NCBI RefSeq assembly: GCF_963921235.1
Contig: NC_086108.1
Span: forward strand, 108,006,001 to 108,070,000
Length of the DNA: 64,000 bases
Origin: Mobula hypostoma
Lineage: Eukaryota
Reading direction: 5' to 3'
A program made the position numbers and the translations under genes. Shown one piece after another: positions 23,910 to 36,529 of this stretch (positions are counted from its first letter, which is position 1; each line of letters starts with the position of its first letter). The notes under the pieces are model-generated. The model saw only the letters and a program-made list of their open reading frames with translations. It was not told where the DNA came from and made no database searches.

Positions 23910-24980
23910 GTATCCATGGAGAGGTTGTAAACTGGATTCGAAATTGGCCGTGTGGGAGAAGACAGAGAGTGGTAGTGGATGATTGCTTCTCAGACTGGAG
24001 GCCTGTGACTAGTGGTGCGCCTCAGGGATCTGTGCTGGGACTATTGTTGTTTGTTGTCTATATCAATGATCTAGATGATAATGCGGTAAATTGGATCAGC
24101 AAGTTTGCTGATGACACTAAGATTGGAGGCGTTGTGGGCGGGATTGGAAGGCTTTCAAAGCTTGCAGAGGGATCTGGACCAGCTGGAAAAATGGCAGATG
24201 GAATTTAATGCAGACAAGTGTGAAGTGTTGCATTTTGGAAGGATAAATTAAGGTAGGACATACACAGTAAATGGTAGGGCACTGAGGAGTGCGGAGGAAC
24301 AAAGGGATCTGGGAGTTCAGATACTAATTCCCTGAAAGTGGCATCACAGGTAGACAGGGTTGTAAAGAAGGCTTTTGGCATCCGGGCATTCATAAATCAA
24401 AGTATTGAGTATAGGAGTTGGGATGTTATGTTGAGGTTGTATAAGACATTGGTGAGGCCAAATTTGGAATAGTGTGTCAGTAAGATTGAAAGTGTGCAGA
24501 GAAGATTCACTAGGATGTTGCCGGGTCTTCAGGAGTTGAGTTACAGGGAAAGATTGAACAGGTTAGGACGTTATTCCTTGGAGCGTAGAAGAATGAGGGG
24601 AGATTTGATAGAGGTTTACAAAATAATGAGGAGTATAGACAGAGTAAATGCAAGTAGGCTCTTTCCACTTAGATTAGGAGAGATAAACACGAGAGGACAT
24701 GGCTTTAGAGTGAAAGGGGATAGATTTAGGGGGAACACTAGGGGGAACTTCTTCACTCAGAGAGTGGTGGGAGTGTGGAACGAGCTGCTATCTGACATGG
24801 TAAATGCGGGCTCACTCTTAACTTTTAGGAACAAATTGGATAGATACATGGATGTGAGAGGTCTGGAGAGTTATGGACTGGGTGCGGGTCAATGGGACTA
24901 GTGGAATAATGTTTCGGCACAGATTAGTAGGGCCGAATGGCCTGTTTTCTGTGCTGTAGTGTTCTATGGTTGTATGGTTC
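23910..24980 (+). mobile_element. CR1 LINE, about 1.07 kb, including RT motifs; frameshifted
   Basis: SGAPQGSVLGLLLFVVYINDLD...ISKFADDTKIGG, then QRRFTRMLPGL...NFFTQRVVGVWNEL and the tail. Confidence 0.95.
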
Positions 24981-25429
24981 TGTCATATATTTTTCTGTAG
25001 TGTGGTGACCAGAACGTTGAATCATTTGGAAACGTAAAGGATTATGTTTCTTTGTCATAAATATATCAAAACATACCAACAGTTTCAGCTTATTACTCTC
25101 AACCATCAGGCTCCTGAAGCTGAGGGGGTAACTTCTCCAAACTTCACTCACCCCAACACTGAACTGTTTTCATAATCTATGGGCTCACTTTCAAAGACTC
25201 TTCACTGCATGTTCTCAATATCTATTGCTTACTTATTTATTATTATTACTTTTTTATATTTGCAATGTTGTTGTCTTTTGAAAATCGGCTGTTGGTTCAT
25301 CCTGTTGGGTGCGGTCTTTAACTGATTCTTTTTGCTTCTTTGTCCTTGCCGTGACTGCTCGCTGTAATCTCAGGATTGTATCTGGTAACTTATATGCACT
25401 TTGATAATAAATTCACTTTGAACTTTGAA

Positions 25430-25695
25430 CAATGAAGTGCGTTGTTTGCGTCAAATCAAATCAGTGAGGCCTGTGCAGAGGGCAGCCTGCGAGTGTCACT
25501 GTGCTTCCACGCCAACATAGCGTGCCCACAACTGACTAACCCTAACCCTAGCCTTTAGAATACGGAAGGAAACTGGAGCACTTGGAGAAACTGGGGTAGT
25601 ATACACATTCCCCACGGACAGTGGTGGGAATTGAACCCTAATCAGTGATTGCTGGCGCCGTAAAGCGATTGTACTAACAACTAAGCCACCATGTG
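25430..25695 (-). mobile_element. tRNA-derived SINE
   Basis: Reverse head gggaattgaaccc...gtaaagcgattgtactaac and body shared with the other copies. Confidence 0.65.
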
Positions 25696-26894
25696 GGTGG
25701 AGGAGGATTACAATGGAGCATAGTTTTAACCTGCTGCTTCTAATTACCCAGAATGTCCACAACGAATCTATAAAACCATGGGTCAGTAGACTTTATGGGG
25801 GGGAAGACATAAGGACTATAAATTCTGCCACTTCTCTCCCTTCCTCTCACCTCACCATGTGCCTTCTGGTTGTGTTGCTACTTCGACCAGCAAGACATAA
25901 AGTCATGAACACGAGAGATTCTGCAAATGCTGGAAATCTAGAGTAACACACACAAAATGGTGAAGGAACTTAGCAGGTCAGGCAGCATCTATGGAGAGGA
26001 AAAGTCAACATTGGGGACCAATATTTTTCATCAGGACTGGGTAGTAAAGTGCCTTAGAGCATCCGGGCGATCACTCCAAATGAGACCCTTTATGTTAAAC
26101 ATGAAAAGAGGTGTTTAATGGGCCCGTACATTTTCAAAGCTGCAGAGATAGAATACCCATGGGCCTCAGTCTGGAACTTACACGTACCCAGATGAACACT
26201 TGAATTGCCAAAATATAGACGACTATGTGGCAGGTGTTGGTCAATGAGAACAGTATAGATGGGTACTTAACTGGTTTGGGTAGAATGGAGTCACAGGAAG
26301 GATGTGGAAGCTTTAGAGAGGGTGCAGAGATTTACCAGGAAGCTGCTTGGATTAGAGAGCATTTCTTATGAGGATAGGTTGAGTGAGCTAGGGCTTTTCT
26401 CTCTGGAGAGGAGGAAGATGAGAGGTGACCTGATAGCTGTGTACAAGATGATAAGTGGCATCAATAGAGTGGACAGCTTCCAACGCAGGGTTATAGGATG
26501 ACTGAATAAGACAACATGGTGGCCACTTGGCCTCACCATCCACCTCGCCATTACTCTTGCTCCTGATTGAATGTGCACTGCACCTCCTCTGCAGCTGTGA
26601 CACTTTATTCTGCATTCTGTTATTGCCTTTCGCTTGTCCTACCTCAAATACACTGATGTGATGACATGATTTGTAGGAATGGAATGCGAACCAAAATATA
26701 TCACTTTTAACTCGGTGCGTATGACAATAATAAACCAATTTACCAATTACGGTCTGAGACAAGGATAAAGCTCTTCATTCACCGGGTGCTGAATATTTGC
26801 AATTCCCTGAGAGATGATAAGACACTCTTTTCCCAGTGCAGCATTTGCTAATATGAGAAAGCATAATTTTAAGGTGAATGGACAAAAGAAAAGT

Positions 26895-26968
26895 AAGTAC
26901 TTTGCAAAAGTCTTAATCACATACGTATGTATAGCTAGGGTGTCTTAAGACATTTACACAGTACTGTA
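26895..26968. mobile_element. About 70-bp Tc1-like MITE
   Basis: agtactttgcaaaagtctta ... taagacatttacacagtactg inverted termini; sister copy at 27508-27575. Confidence 0.65.
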
Positions 26969-27929
26969 TGTGTCAATGTGGAGAGCAAAGGATGTTGGGA
27001 ATGGCAAGGATGGAGCACTGTGGAATGGGTGTGAGACAGCTGGTATTGAAAGAGTGCCAGGAGCCGGGGTTAGTGGAGACACACCCAGTTGTGAGACACC
27101 AGGCAAGGTAATTTATTCTAAACAATTGGTTTACTGATCATTACAGAATGTCTCTCAGGTGCTTCCCGCACCCTCTCCTCTCCCTTCCCCTTTTAAGAGC
27201 CTCAGGACCCAGACCACCAGGCTCAAAAACAGTTATTACCTCTCAACAACCAGGTTCTTGAACCAGAAACGTCGACTGAAATGGTGACTGCTTATTCTGC
27301 TCCATAGATGCCTTCTGGACTGCTGAGTTCCTCCATCATTATGTGTGTGTGGTCCAACAAAGCTACCAAACTGCACATTTCAGGGACTCGGGAGGATCGC
27401 GAAGCACCCGAGGGAAACCTGTATATGACCTCATATCACTCACATATGTCATGAAATGTGTTTTCCTTTTTTTGCAGCAGCAGTACAGTGCAATAATAAA
27501 GTCACTACAGTACTGTGCAAAAGTCTTAGCCACGCTAGCTAGATATATGTGTCAGAGACTTTTGTGCAGTGCTGTCTAGGGGGGTTTCAGAAAGAGTGGT
27601 GTGTGCGAGGAATGCCCTGCCAGGGGTGGTGGTAGGGACAGATACTTTAGGATCATTTAGGAGACTCTTAGATCAGCAAATGGATGATAGAGAAATGGTA
27701 GGCTATGTGGGAGGGAAGATTTGGATTGATTGTAGTATAGGTTATAAGGTTAGCACAGCATCATGGGCTGAATGGCCTGTACTCTGTTCTACGTTCTCAG
27801 TAAGTATGGAATTTGCAAGTTCAAGTTAATGTTGATTTTATTCAAATGTACAGGGCACAGGCAACGTGTAATGTCCATTCGTAATTACTCTTGAGAATTT
27901 ATCATTGTAATGGCTTTGTATCAACAGAA

Positions 27930-28520
27930 TCTGAATCAGGTTTATTATCACTGACATATGTTGTGAAATTTGTTGTTTTGTTGCAGCAGTACAATGCATG
28001 ACACAAGAAGAATTACTGTAACTTACCATCAGTCAATCAACCTAATGAATAAATGGTGCAAAAAACAAATATCGAGGTAGTGTTCATAGGTTTGTAGACT
28101 GTTTAGAAATGTGATGGTGGAAGGGACGATGCTTTTCCCACAACCTTTGTGTGTGTGGGTCTTCAGGCTGACGACAATAATGAGAAGAGGGCGTGTCCCG
28201 GGTGGTGAGGATCCTTACTGATGGATGCCGCCTTCTCGAAGCACCATCTCTTGAAGATGCCCGTGGTGGTGGGGAGGCTTGTACCTGTGATGGAGCTGAG
28301 TGAATCTATAACCTTCTGCAATCTCTTTTGATCCTTAGCTTTGGAACCCCTGTACCAGATGGTGATGCAACCAGTCAGAATGCACATCACTGTAAATCTG
28401 TAGAGATCTGCAAGATCTTCTGATGACAGACCAGATCTCCTCAGACTCCCAATGAAGTATAGCAGTGAGCGTGCCTTCGTTGTAATTGCATCCACATTAC
28501 TGAGGCAGGGCAGGTGGATG
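27930..28520 (-). mobile_element. Rex/Babar LINE 3' fragment
   Basis: KARSLLYFIGSLRRSG...ILTGCITIWY...DPHHPGHALFSLL. Confidence 0.85.
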
Positions 28521-29181
28521 AAATAAGGTGTATGTTAACCGCAATCTCGGTGACATGACAAAAGATACTTGACTGTCCGAATAATTGTCTTAATTCCCAA
28601 GTTGTGTTGTTCCTTTTGGAAAGACATACAAAAGATCTGAGCATTGGGGTGAACCAGTGAAGGTTAGGACAGCACGGTAGTGGTTAGTGCAAAGCTTTAC
28701 AGCACCAGCAATTACCTGTCGGGGTTCGATTCCCACCACTATCTGTAAGTGATTGGGTGGGTTTCCTCTGGTTATTCCGCTTTCCTTCCATACTTAAAAG
28801 ATGTATAGGTTAAGATTAGTGAATTGTGGACATCCTCTGCTGGCACCAGAAGTTTGCGACACCTGTGGGCTGCCCATAGCACAATTCTTGCTGATTTGAT
28901 TTGATGCAAATGATGCATTTCATTGTGTGTTTCGATGTACATGTGACGAGGAAGGCTAATTAATCTCACATTATTTCATCTCCTTATCAGGAAGAAGTCA
29001 AGAGAATGGGGTTGGAAGGGATAATAAAAAAGTCATGATGGAGTGGTAGAATAGACTTGATGGGTCAAATGGCCTAATTATACTTCTATGTCTTAAGATC
29101 TTATGGTTTTGCATTCCTTATCATTATCGAATATTCACTGTGGTCCATGCCACTCATAAGTTGTGTGTGTGTGTGCACGCA

Positions 29182-29246
29182 CCCCTCTATAGCCAGAATG
29201 TGCACTTACATAGTGTGAGTAAGTCTACATTCTGGGTATAGAGGGG
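29182..29246. other. 65-nt hairpin: 28-bp arms, 9-nt loop (pre-miRNA-like or MITE relic)
   Basis: cccctctatagccagaatgtgcacttac / gtaagtctacattctgggtatagagggg; 25 of 28 positions pair Watson-Crick. The structure is certain; the function is unknown. Confidence 0.6.
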
Positions 29247-29944
29247 CTGTGACTGTGAGCGCGCGCGCGCGCAAGGTCCCCTCAGAGTCAACTTGTAGTC
29301 ACAAGTGTTTCTAGTACATTGCTTCTCTGAAATTGCTGTCGTTATCTTCCTCTGTTGTGTCAGTTTGGAAGGTTGGCTGGAAGACTGGGGATGTAGTGGG
29401 AAGGAAATGACACGTTGCGTGATGGAGAAGGTCTGATAAATGAAGCGCGCGTGACCTCTTGCCTTGGCACTTGGCTACAAATTCAGCCAAGGGGAACGAG
29501 CAGTACGATGATCCCTGGGCTGACATAGAGGTGAAGTTGGACAATTTCCGTGCAGCTGTTGGTTGAGAGAACGATAGGTTAAATGCAGTGTCAATCTTGA
29601 GCTTGGAATACAAAGGGAAGGACATTGTACTTTGTTTGGACAGGTGTTTGACCAGTCTTACTCTGGAGTCTGACCTGATGCACTGGGAACCTTTAGAAGG
29701 TTATACTGATGACGAAGAAGAGAAAATTCAGCTCTGACCTCAGCTGCTGCTCATGTTTGGTTTTGCACATTCTTCCTGTATCCGTGTAGGTTTCCCTTGG
29801 GTGCTTCGCGTTCCTCCCGAATCTCTGAAATGCGCAGTTTGGTAGCTTTGTTGGACCACACACACAAAATGCGGGAGGAACTCAGCAGTCCAGGAGGCAT
29901 CTATGGAGCAGGATAAGCAGTCACCATTTCAGTCGACGTTTCTG

Positions 29945-30380
29945 GTTCAAGAACCTGGTTGTTGAGAGGTAATAACTATTTTTGAGCCTTGTGGTTTGGG
30001 TCCTGAGGCTCTTGGACCTCCTTCCTGATGTCAGCAGCGAGAAGAGAGCATGGCCTGGGTGGTGGGGGTCCCCGATGATGGATGCTGCTCTCCTGCAAAA
30101 GTACTCCATGTAGATGTGCTCAATGGTGAGGAAGGCTTCACCCTGAATGGACTGAGCTGTGTCCACTACTTTTTGTAGGATTTTCCATTCAAGGGCATTG
30201 GTGTTTCCATACCAGGCTGTGATGCAGCCATTCAATCTACTCTCCACTATGCATCTATAGAAATTTGTTAACATTTTATATGACATACCGAATTTCTGTA
30301 ATTTTTTAGGAAAGTAGAGGCACTGCTGTGCTTTCTTCATAATGGCACATGTGCTGGACCTTAACAGGTCCTCCCCATCA
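29945..30380 (-). mobile_element. Rex/Babar LINE 3' fragment
   Basis: KKAQQCLYF...FYRCIVESRLNGCITAWYG...HPGHALFSLLTSGRR. Confidence 0.85.
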
Positions 30381-30681
30381 ACGGCTAGTCCAAGGGTTAA
30401 TTCCAAAGATGGTGACCCTGAAGGTTGAGCAGAAGTCCCAAGGTTGAAGCCTGGAGACAGGAGGCTGAAGATTGTAGGCCTGTTCTGGAATTGGAAGACT
30501 TTCAGTGTGTGTGGGTGGTGGCTGGGTGGGAGGGAGTAAAGGGCCTTGCTTTGCTGTTGCTCTGTCGTTCGTTGTGCTCTGTATTCTTCTCCTGAACACT
30601 GTGACATGCTGTGTTGGTGCTGGAATGTGTGACGCCACGTGTGGTCTACCCCCAGTACATCTTGAGGTCAATTGTCAACAC

Positions 30682-31253
30682 CAGACATCCCACCTCTCCC
30701 GAAAGTTCCGGGAGTCTCCCGCATATGAATAGTGGCTCCCTGATGCCCACAAATTATATACAATATCACGGAAATCAATTTTTTTGGGAGTGAGTGAGAG
30801 AAACCAAGAGAGAGCATGAGAGAGAGAGAGCGCGAGCAAGCAAGCGAGCGAGAGAGAGCAAGCGAGAGCTCTTGAGAGTGCACGAGTGACCACGAGAGAG
30901 AGCGAGAGCGCGCCATGGCAGAGTGTTCCAAAAAAAATATAAAACGTGCATCACCCCAGACTACACTAAAGTGTACCCCTGCCCAATAGGGGTCAAAATA
31001 ATGACGGTGTTGCTCGCTGCTCTGTTTGCAACAGTGACTTTTCTATTGCCCATGGTGGGTTAAGACTGTAAAAGACATGTTGAGGTGAGTTTAACAGGTT
31101 TCATTCGTTCATTAGCATAGCTAATGTTATTTAAACTAGCTGGTTAGCTGCTAAGGAGCTACTCTATTGCAGACATCCCACCTCTCCTGGAAGTCTCCTG
31201 CAAATTGATGGTGCTACCTCCCTGAAATGAGTTTTTGCAGGGTGGGATGTCTG
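30682..31253. mobile_element. Non-autonomous DNA transposon (hAT-like MITE) with internal GA-rich repeat
   Basis: TIRs cagacatcccac / gtgggatgtctg; an internal second copy of the left end at about 31170. TSD not clean. Confidence 0.7.
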
Positions 31254-32383
31254 TAACACAAACAATACATTTCACTTCATGTTTCATTGTTCATATGATA
31301 AATAACTCTGAGTCTGACACTAAATGCGACTGTGACATCATCGTTATGGACCTCGCCATCCAGGACATGCCCTGTTCTCATTATTACCTGGAGACACAGA
31401 CTCAACGTTTTGGGAACAGTTTCTTCCTCTCTGTCAGTAGATTTCTGATTGGTCCATGAACTCATGAACACCACCTCACTTCTTGCTCTCTTTTTTGCAC
31501 TAATTATTTCTGTTTTTATATATCTTATTGTAATTTATAATAATTTATTATCTGTTACCCTGTATTGCTACTGTAGAACAACAAATTTCACGGCATGCTG
31601 ATGTGTCAAAACACCATATTTCTGTAAAATAGATATTGGAAAAGAAGCCCCTGTCCATAAGTTAAAGCTCTGAATAGTGGAAAGCTAATTTTGTTCACAA
31701 ACGAGAGGAAATTGCAGAGGTACAGTACATTAGTTTTTAAATGTGAGATTGGAAGAGTTCAGGGCGAGCAAGTTTCTTACAGAGTGTAGTGCAAGGCTGG
31801 CAGGCTTAGAGAACGTTGCTTGATGAGAAACATTGAGGCTCTGGTCAGGAAAAAGAGGGAAGTATATTCAGATACGGGCAACTGGGTTCAAGCAGATCCC
31901 TTGAGCACAAATAAGATGATGGTGGCGTGCATGGTGGCTGTGGCTTCTCCAGGTCCAGCCAAAGGTGTAACTGTTTGTCCTTTGTTCCCTTTTTACCATT
32001 GGACAACACGACTGGATAATGAGAACAAGTACTGCAGGTTTACCACACTAAACCTGTTGCTCAACGTTGTGTCGCCGCCCGGACTGTTGCATACCGTTGT
32101 TGTGCAGAGGCAGTGCGCGGTCCAACAAATGGTGCAAATGATTGCCTTGGACTTTTTATTGTGGTTGTAAGACCCTGTTAGACACTGGTAATGTAGAATA
32201 CTGTGAGACTGAATCAGGAGCTCATTGGTGAGAATGACGGTGGGGGAGCTGCATGGCCTTGGTTGTTCTGTGTACCAGGCCTTTGTGTGTTATCTATCAC
32301 AGCGCTCAGGAGAGGGGATACCGAGGCAGAGTGGGACAGAGCAAAAGGGTACCCAGGTTGACGACAAGACCATTTAGCTTCAG

Positions 32384-33416
32384 TACACTGAATGGCCACC
32401 TTATTAGGTACACCTCAACACATGCCTTTGAAAGCAAATATCTAACAGCCAATCATGTTGCAGCAACTCAATGCATAAAAGCATGCAAGCACAGCCTCAA
32501 AATTGAAGGGCAACCCTTTAGAACAGAGGTAAGGAGGACTTTTTTCTTTGGCCAGAGAGTAGTGAACCCGTGGAATGCTCTGTCACAGACAGCCGTGGAG
32601 GCCGAGACTGTAGGTATATTTAAAATGAAAATTAATAGTTTCCTGTTTGCTTAGGGTATCAAAGGTTATGGCAAAAAGCCTGGCGTATGGTGTTTTGAGT
32701 GGGATCTGGGATCGGTCATGATGGAACGACAGAGCAGACTCAATGGGTTGAATGGCCTATTTCTGCTCCTATGTCTTATGGTCAAGAGATTTAGTTGTTG
32801 CTCCGATCAGGCATCAGAATGGGGAAGAAATATGATCTAAAACAAGAGAAAATCTGCAGATTCTGGCAATCCAAGCAACATGCACAAAATGCTGGAAGAA
32901 CTAGGCGGGCCAGGCAGCATTCATGGAAAAGAGTAAACAGTCCACATTTCGGGCCAAGACGTGGACTGTATTCTTTTCCATAGATGCTGCCTGGCCTACT
33001 CAGAAGCGTGATCTGAGTGACTTTGACCACGGAATGATTGTTGGAGCCAGACGGGCTGATTTGAGTATCTCAGAAATCGCTTTATCTCCTGGGGTTTTCA
33101 CACACGGCTGTCTTGAGTATTTACAGGGAATGGTGCAAAAACCAAAAAAAAAATCCAGTGAGTGGCAGTTCTGTGGGCAAAAAAGCCTTGTTAGTGAGAG
33201 AGCTCGGGGGGAATGGCCAGATTGGTTCAAGCTGACAGGAAGGTGACGGTAACTCAAGTAACCCACATTATAACAGTGATGTGCAGAAGAGAATCTCTGA
33301 ACTCACACGTCGAACCTTGAAGTGGATGGGATACAACAGCAGGAGACCATGAGCATACACTAGGTGGTGACATTATTAGGTGTGGGAGGTATCTAATGAA
33401 GTGGCCACTGAGTATA
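32384..33416 (+). mobile_element. Non-autonomous Tc1-like element, interrupted by CR1 (about 32488-32780) and a mini-Penelope (about 32840-33000)
   Basis: Termini tacactgaatggccaccttattaggtac / ctaatgaagtggccactgagtata; DLSDFDHGMIVGARRADLSISE is a Tc1 transposase N-terminal HTH remnant. Confidence 0.8.
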
Positions 33417-33444
33417 TGTCAGTGATGATAAACCTGATAATGAT

Positions 33445-34255
33445 TCAGAATCAGAATCAGAATCAGGTTTATTATCACCAGCATGTGATGTGAAATTTGT
33501 TAACTTCGCTGCAGCAGTTCAATGCAATGCATAATCTAGCAGAGAGAGAAAAAACAAATAATAATAATAATAAATAAAATAAAACATAAGAATAAGTAAA
33601 CAAGTAAATCAGTTATGTATATTGAATAGATTTTTAAAAAACGTGCAAAAACAGAAATACTGTATATTAAAAAAAAGTGAGGTAGTGCCCAAAGATTCAA
33701 TGTCCATTTAGGAATCGGATGGTGGAGGGGAAGAAGCTGTTCCTGAATCGCTGAGTGTGTGCCTTCAGGCTTCTGTACCTCCTACCTGATGGTAACAGTG
33801 AGAAAAGGGCATGCCCTGGGTGCTGGAGGTCCTTAATAAATGGACACTGCCTTTCTGACACACTGCTCCTTGAAGATGTCCTGGGTACTTTGTAGGCTAG
33901 CACCCAAGATGGAGCTGACTAGATTTATAACCTCTGCAGCTTCTTTCGGTCCTATGCAGTAGCCCCTCCATACCAGACAGTGATGCAGCCTGTAAGACTT
34001 CTCTCCACAGTACAACTATAGAAGTTTTTGAGTGTATTTGTTGACATGCCAAATCTCTTCAAACTCTTAATGAAGAATAGTCGCTGTCTTGCCTTCTTTA
34101 TAACTACATTGATATGTTGCGACCAGGTTAGATCCTCAGAGATCTTGGCACCCAGGAACTTGAAACTGCTCACTCTCTCCATTTCTGATCCCTGTATGAG
34201 GATTGGTATGTATTCCTTCGTCTTACCCTTCCTGAAGTCCACAATCAGCTCTTTT
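33445..34255 (-). mobile_element. Rex/Babar LINE 3' 800 bp
   Basis: KELIVDFRK...SFKFLGAKISEDLTWS...KARQRLFF...HPGHALFSLLPSGRRYRSLK; (ctgatt)n tail. Confidence 0.92.
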
Positions 34256-34905
34256 CGCCCTACTGACGCTGGTGGTGATTCCATACCCTCCAATCTTGTT
34301 GCCAACTCCTGGCTGAGATCTCCTTCTCAACAGCCCTCCCTCACTCCCATCCTCCCAGTGCTACTGATGACTTAATGCGGAACAGATTTCGGCTCATTAC
34401 TGCTTCGTTTGGAAGCCAGATGTGTGTGTACACTGTGAGGTAATCTGAATATTGATTTATTGGGATCCCTGTGAGCTGTGATTAATGGGCTGCAGAATTT
34501 GAGGCAGTCATCTGGAGCTGCAGAGATTACATTTTCACTTGCAATTGATTTCCCGTCATTTTTCAGTATCAGGGTGTGGTGCAAGTGCTGAGTTGGGGGA
34601 GAAAGAGGGTGAGGAGTATACTGCAAACGGACTGACTTTTGGCATTGACACCTCTACCTTGAGGGACCATGGTAGTGTAGCGGTCAGCGCGACACTATTA
34701 GAGTTCAAAGGTCAATTCTGATGCCATCTGTAAGGAGTTTGTACGTCCTCCCCTTGAATGCTTGTGTTTCCTCTGGGTGCTCTGGTTTCTTCCCACAGTC
34801 CAAAGATGTACCAGTTAGTAGGTTAGTTGGTTATTGTAAATTGTCCTGTGATTAGGCTAGAGTTAAGTCAGTGGGTTGCTGGGCAGCACAGCACAACGAG
34901 AGCGA

Positions 34906-35170
34906 CTTGGACCTCCAGGTGGTCCACAGCAGGGGTGATTGATAAGTTTGTGGCCTACAGTAGAAGGAGATGAGTTATACAGCTCTCGTTACGTGCACGT
35001 GCAGTTCAACTCTTTGAGTGAAAATGCACAAAATTTGAAGTTAATAACTCATCTCCTTCTACCTTAGGCCATGAACTTATCAATCACCCCCGCTGTGGAC
35101 CACTTCTGGAGGTCCAAGACACCGACTTCTACAATGAAGGGATCCGTATGCTCCACGACTGCTGGACTAT
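34906..35170. mobile_element. Mariner-type fold-back MITE with an adjacent transposase C-terminal remnant
   Basis: About 70-bp inverted arms (cttggacctccag..ggggtgattgataagtt..gagatgagttat / ataactcatctc..aacttatcaatcacccc..ctggaggtccaag, 34906-35118), followed by FYNEGIRMLHDCW. Confidence 0.7.
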
Positions 35171-35289
35171 GTTTTATTTGTTATAATTGTTGAGTGTTGT
35201 GTTTTGGTGCATGTCACATCCTGACCAACACACCACGACAAATTGCTAATTTGTATAAATGTAAATGGTGAATAAAAGTTGATCACTCA

Positions 35290-35975
35290 TCCTTGATTGG
35301 GGGAAGCACTTTGTTAATCGAGCACCTTTGCTCTGTCTGCAATGGACAAGATTTCCCGCTGGCCAACTGTTTTAGTTATACTCCCCATTCCCCTTCCAAA
35401 CTGTTTGCTAATGGCCTGCACTGATGCCTCTCTCAGGGTTGGAGGTGCAACACCTAATATTCTGTCTGGGTAGCTTCCAACCTGATTGCATGAACATCAA
35501 TCTCTCTAATTTCTTGTAACTTCACTACTCTCTCCCTTCTTTCTTTCCCCATTCTCTGTCCCCTCTTACCTCTTCTCTTCTCCTCGGCTGCCCATCACCT
35601 CCTTATGGTGCCCCTCCTCCTTCCCTTTCTTGCACGGTCCACTCTCCTCTCCAATCAGAATCCTTCTTCTTCAGCCCTTTACCTTTTCCACTTCTCATCT
35701 CCCAGCTTCTTACTTTATCCTCATCCTCCCTCACCCAACCACTTTCCTGCACCATCTGGTCTCATCTATCATCTGCCAGTTTATACTCCTTCCCCTTCCC
35801 CTATCTTCTTATTCTGGATCCTTCCCCTTTATTTTCCACTCCTGATGAAGAGTCTCAGCCTGAAACATTGTCTGATTATTCCTCGCCGTAGGTGCCGCCT
35901 GACCTGCAGAATTCCTCCAGCATTGTGTGTTCCACCGGATTTCCAACATCTGCAGAATCTCTTGTGTTTGTGATC
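35290..35975 (+). mobile_element. Penelope-like 3' region with a degenerate hammerhead motif (about 35837-35874)
   Basis: GIY-YIG tail ..RVGGATPN/LIFCLGSFQPDCMNI; cactcCTGATGAagagtctcagcctGAAAcatt. Confidence 0.75.
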
Positions 35976-36529
35976 CTTGGTCCTTTACGTGCACTGTGTT
36001 CAGGTGGATGGGATTAGTTATTATAGATATGCAGGCATTGTGGGCTAACTGGCTTGTTCCTGATATGTTCTGTTACCTGTGCCATTCCTCCTGAGTGAAA
36101 ACATGTTGGTTGATGCTTTCTGTCTGCAAAGTGGATCAGGCACACTCTTAATACCTCTTAATCCTAAGGATCTTTCACTGCAATCCTTCAATCTGCCACA
36201 GATCGAGTGCAAGATGATAAGTCCCACATCCAGGTATGGCTAACTCAGGCACAATTGTTGTGCATTCTTGATCCAAAGTCATTTTCCCCCTGAGTAAGCA
36301 GGACAAGCTCAAACATCACCTCATGCAGCAGTGTCAAGATTCCCTTCCAAAACTAGTGCACTGGAACTTCTTCTATGACCAAGGATCAACTTTATTCACC
36401 ATACACCATGTTTTAGGAATTTGCTGTGGGTGTTGTCAGGAAGGGACATGCAACAAAAATAATATTCAACTAATTACAAAGGATAAAGAACTTTAACAAT
36501 ATAAAGTTAGATTTATGGATTTGGAATAT

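Noticed and set aside
29921..30607. 228-aa ORF
   Set aside because: Rex/Babar LINE remnant fused to unrelated upstream sequence.
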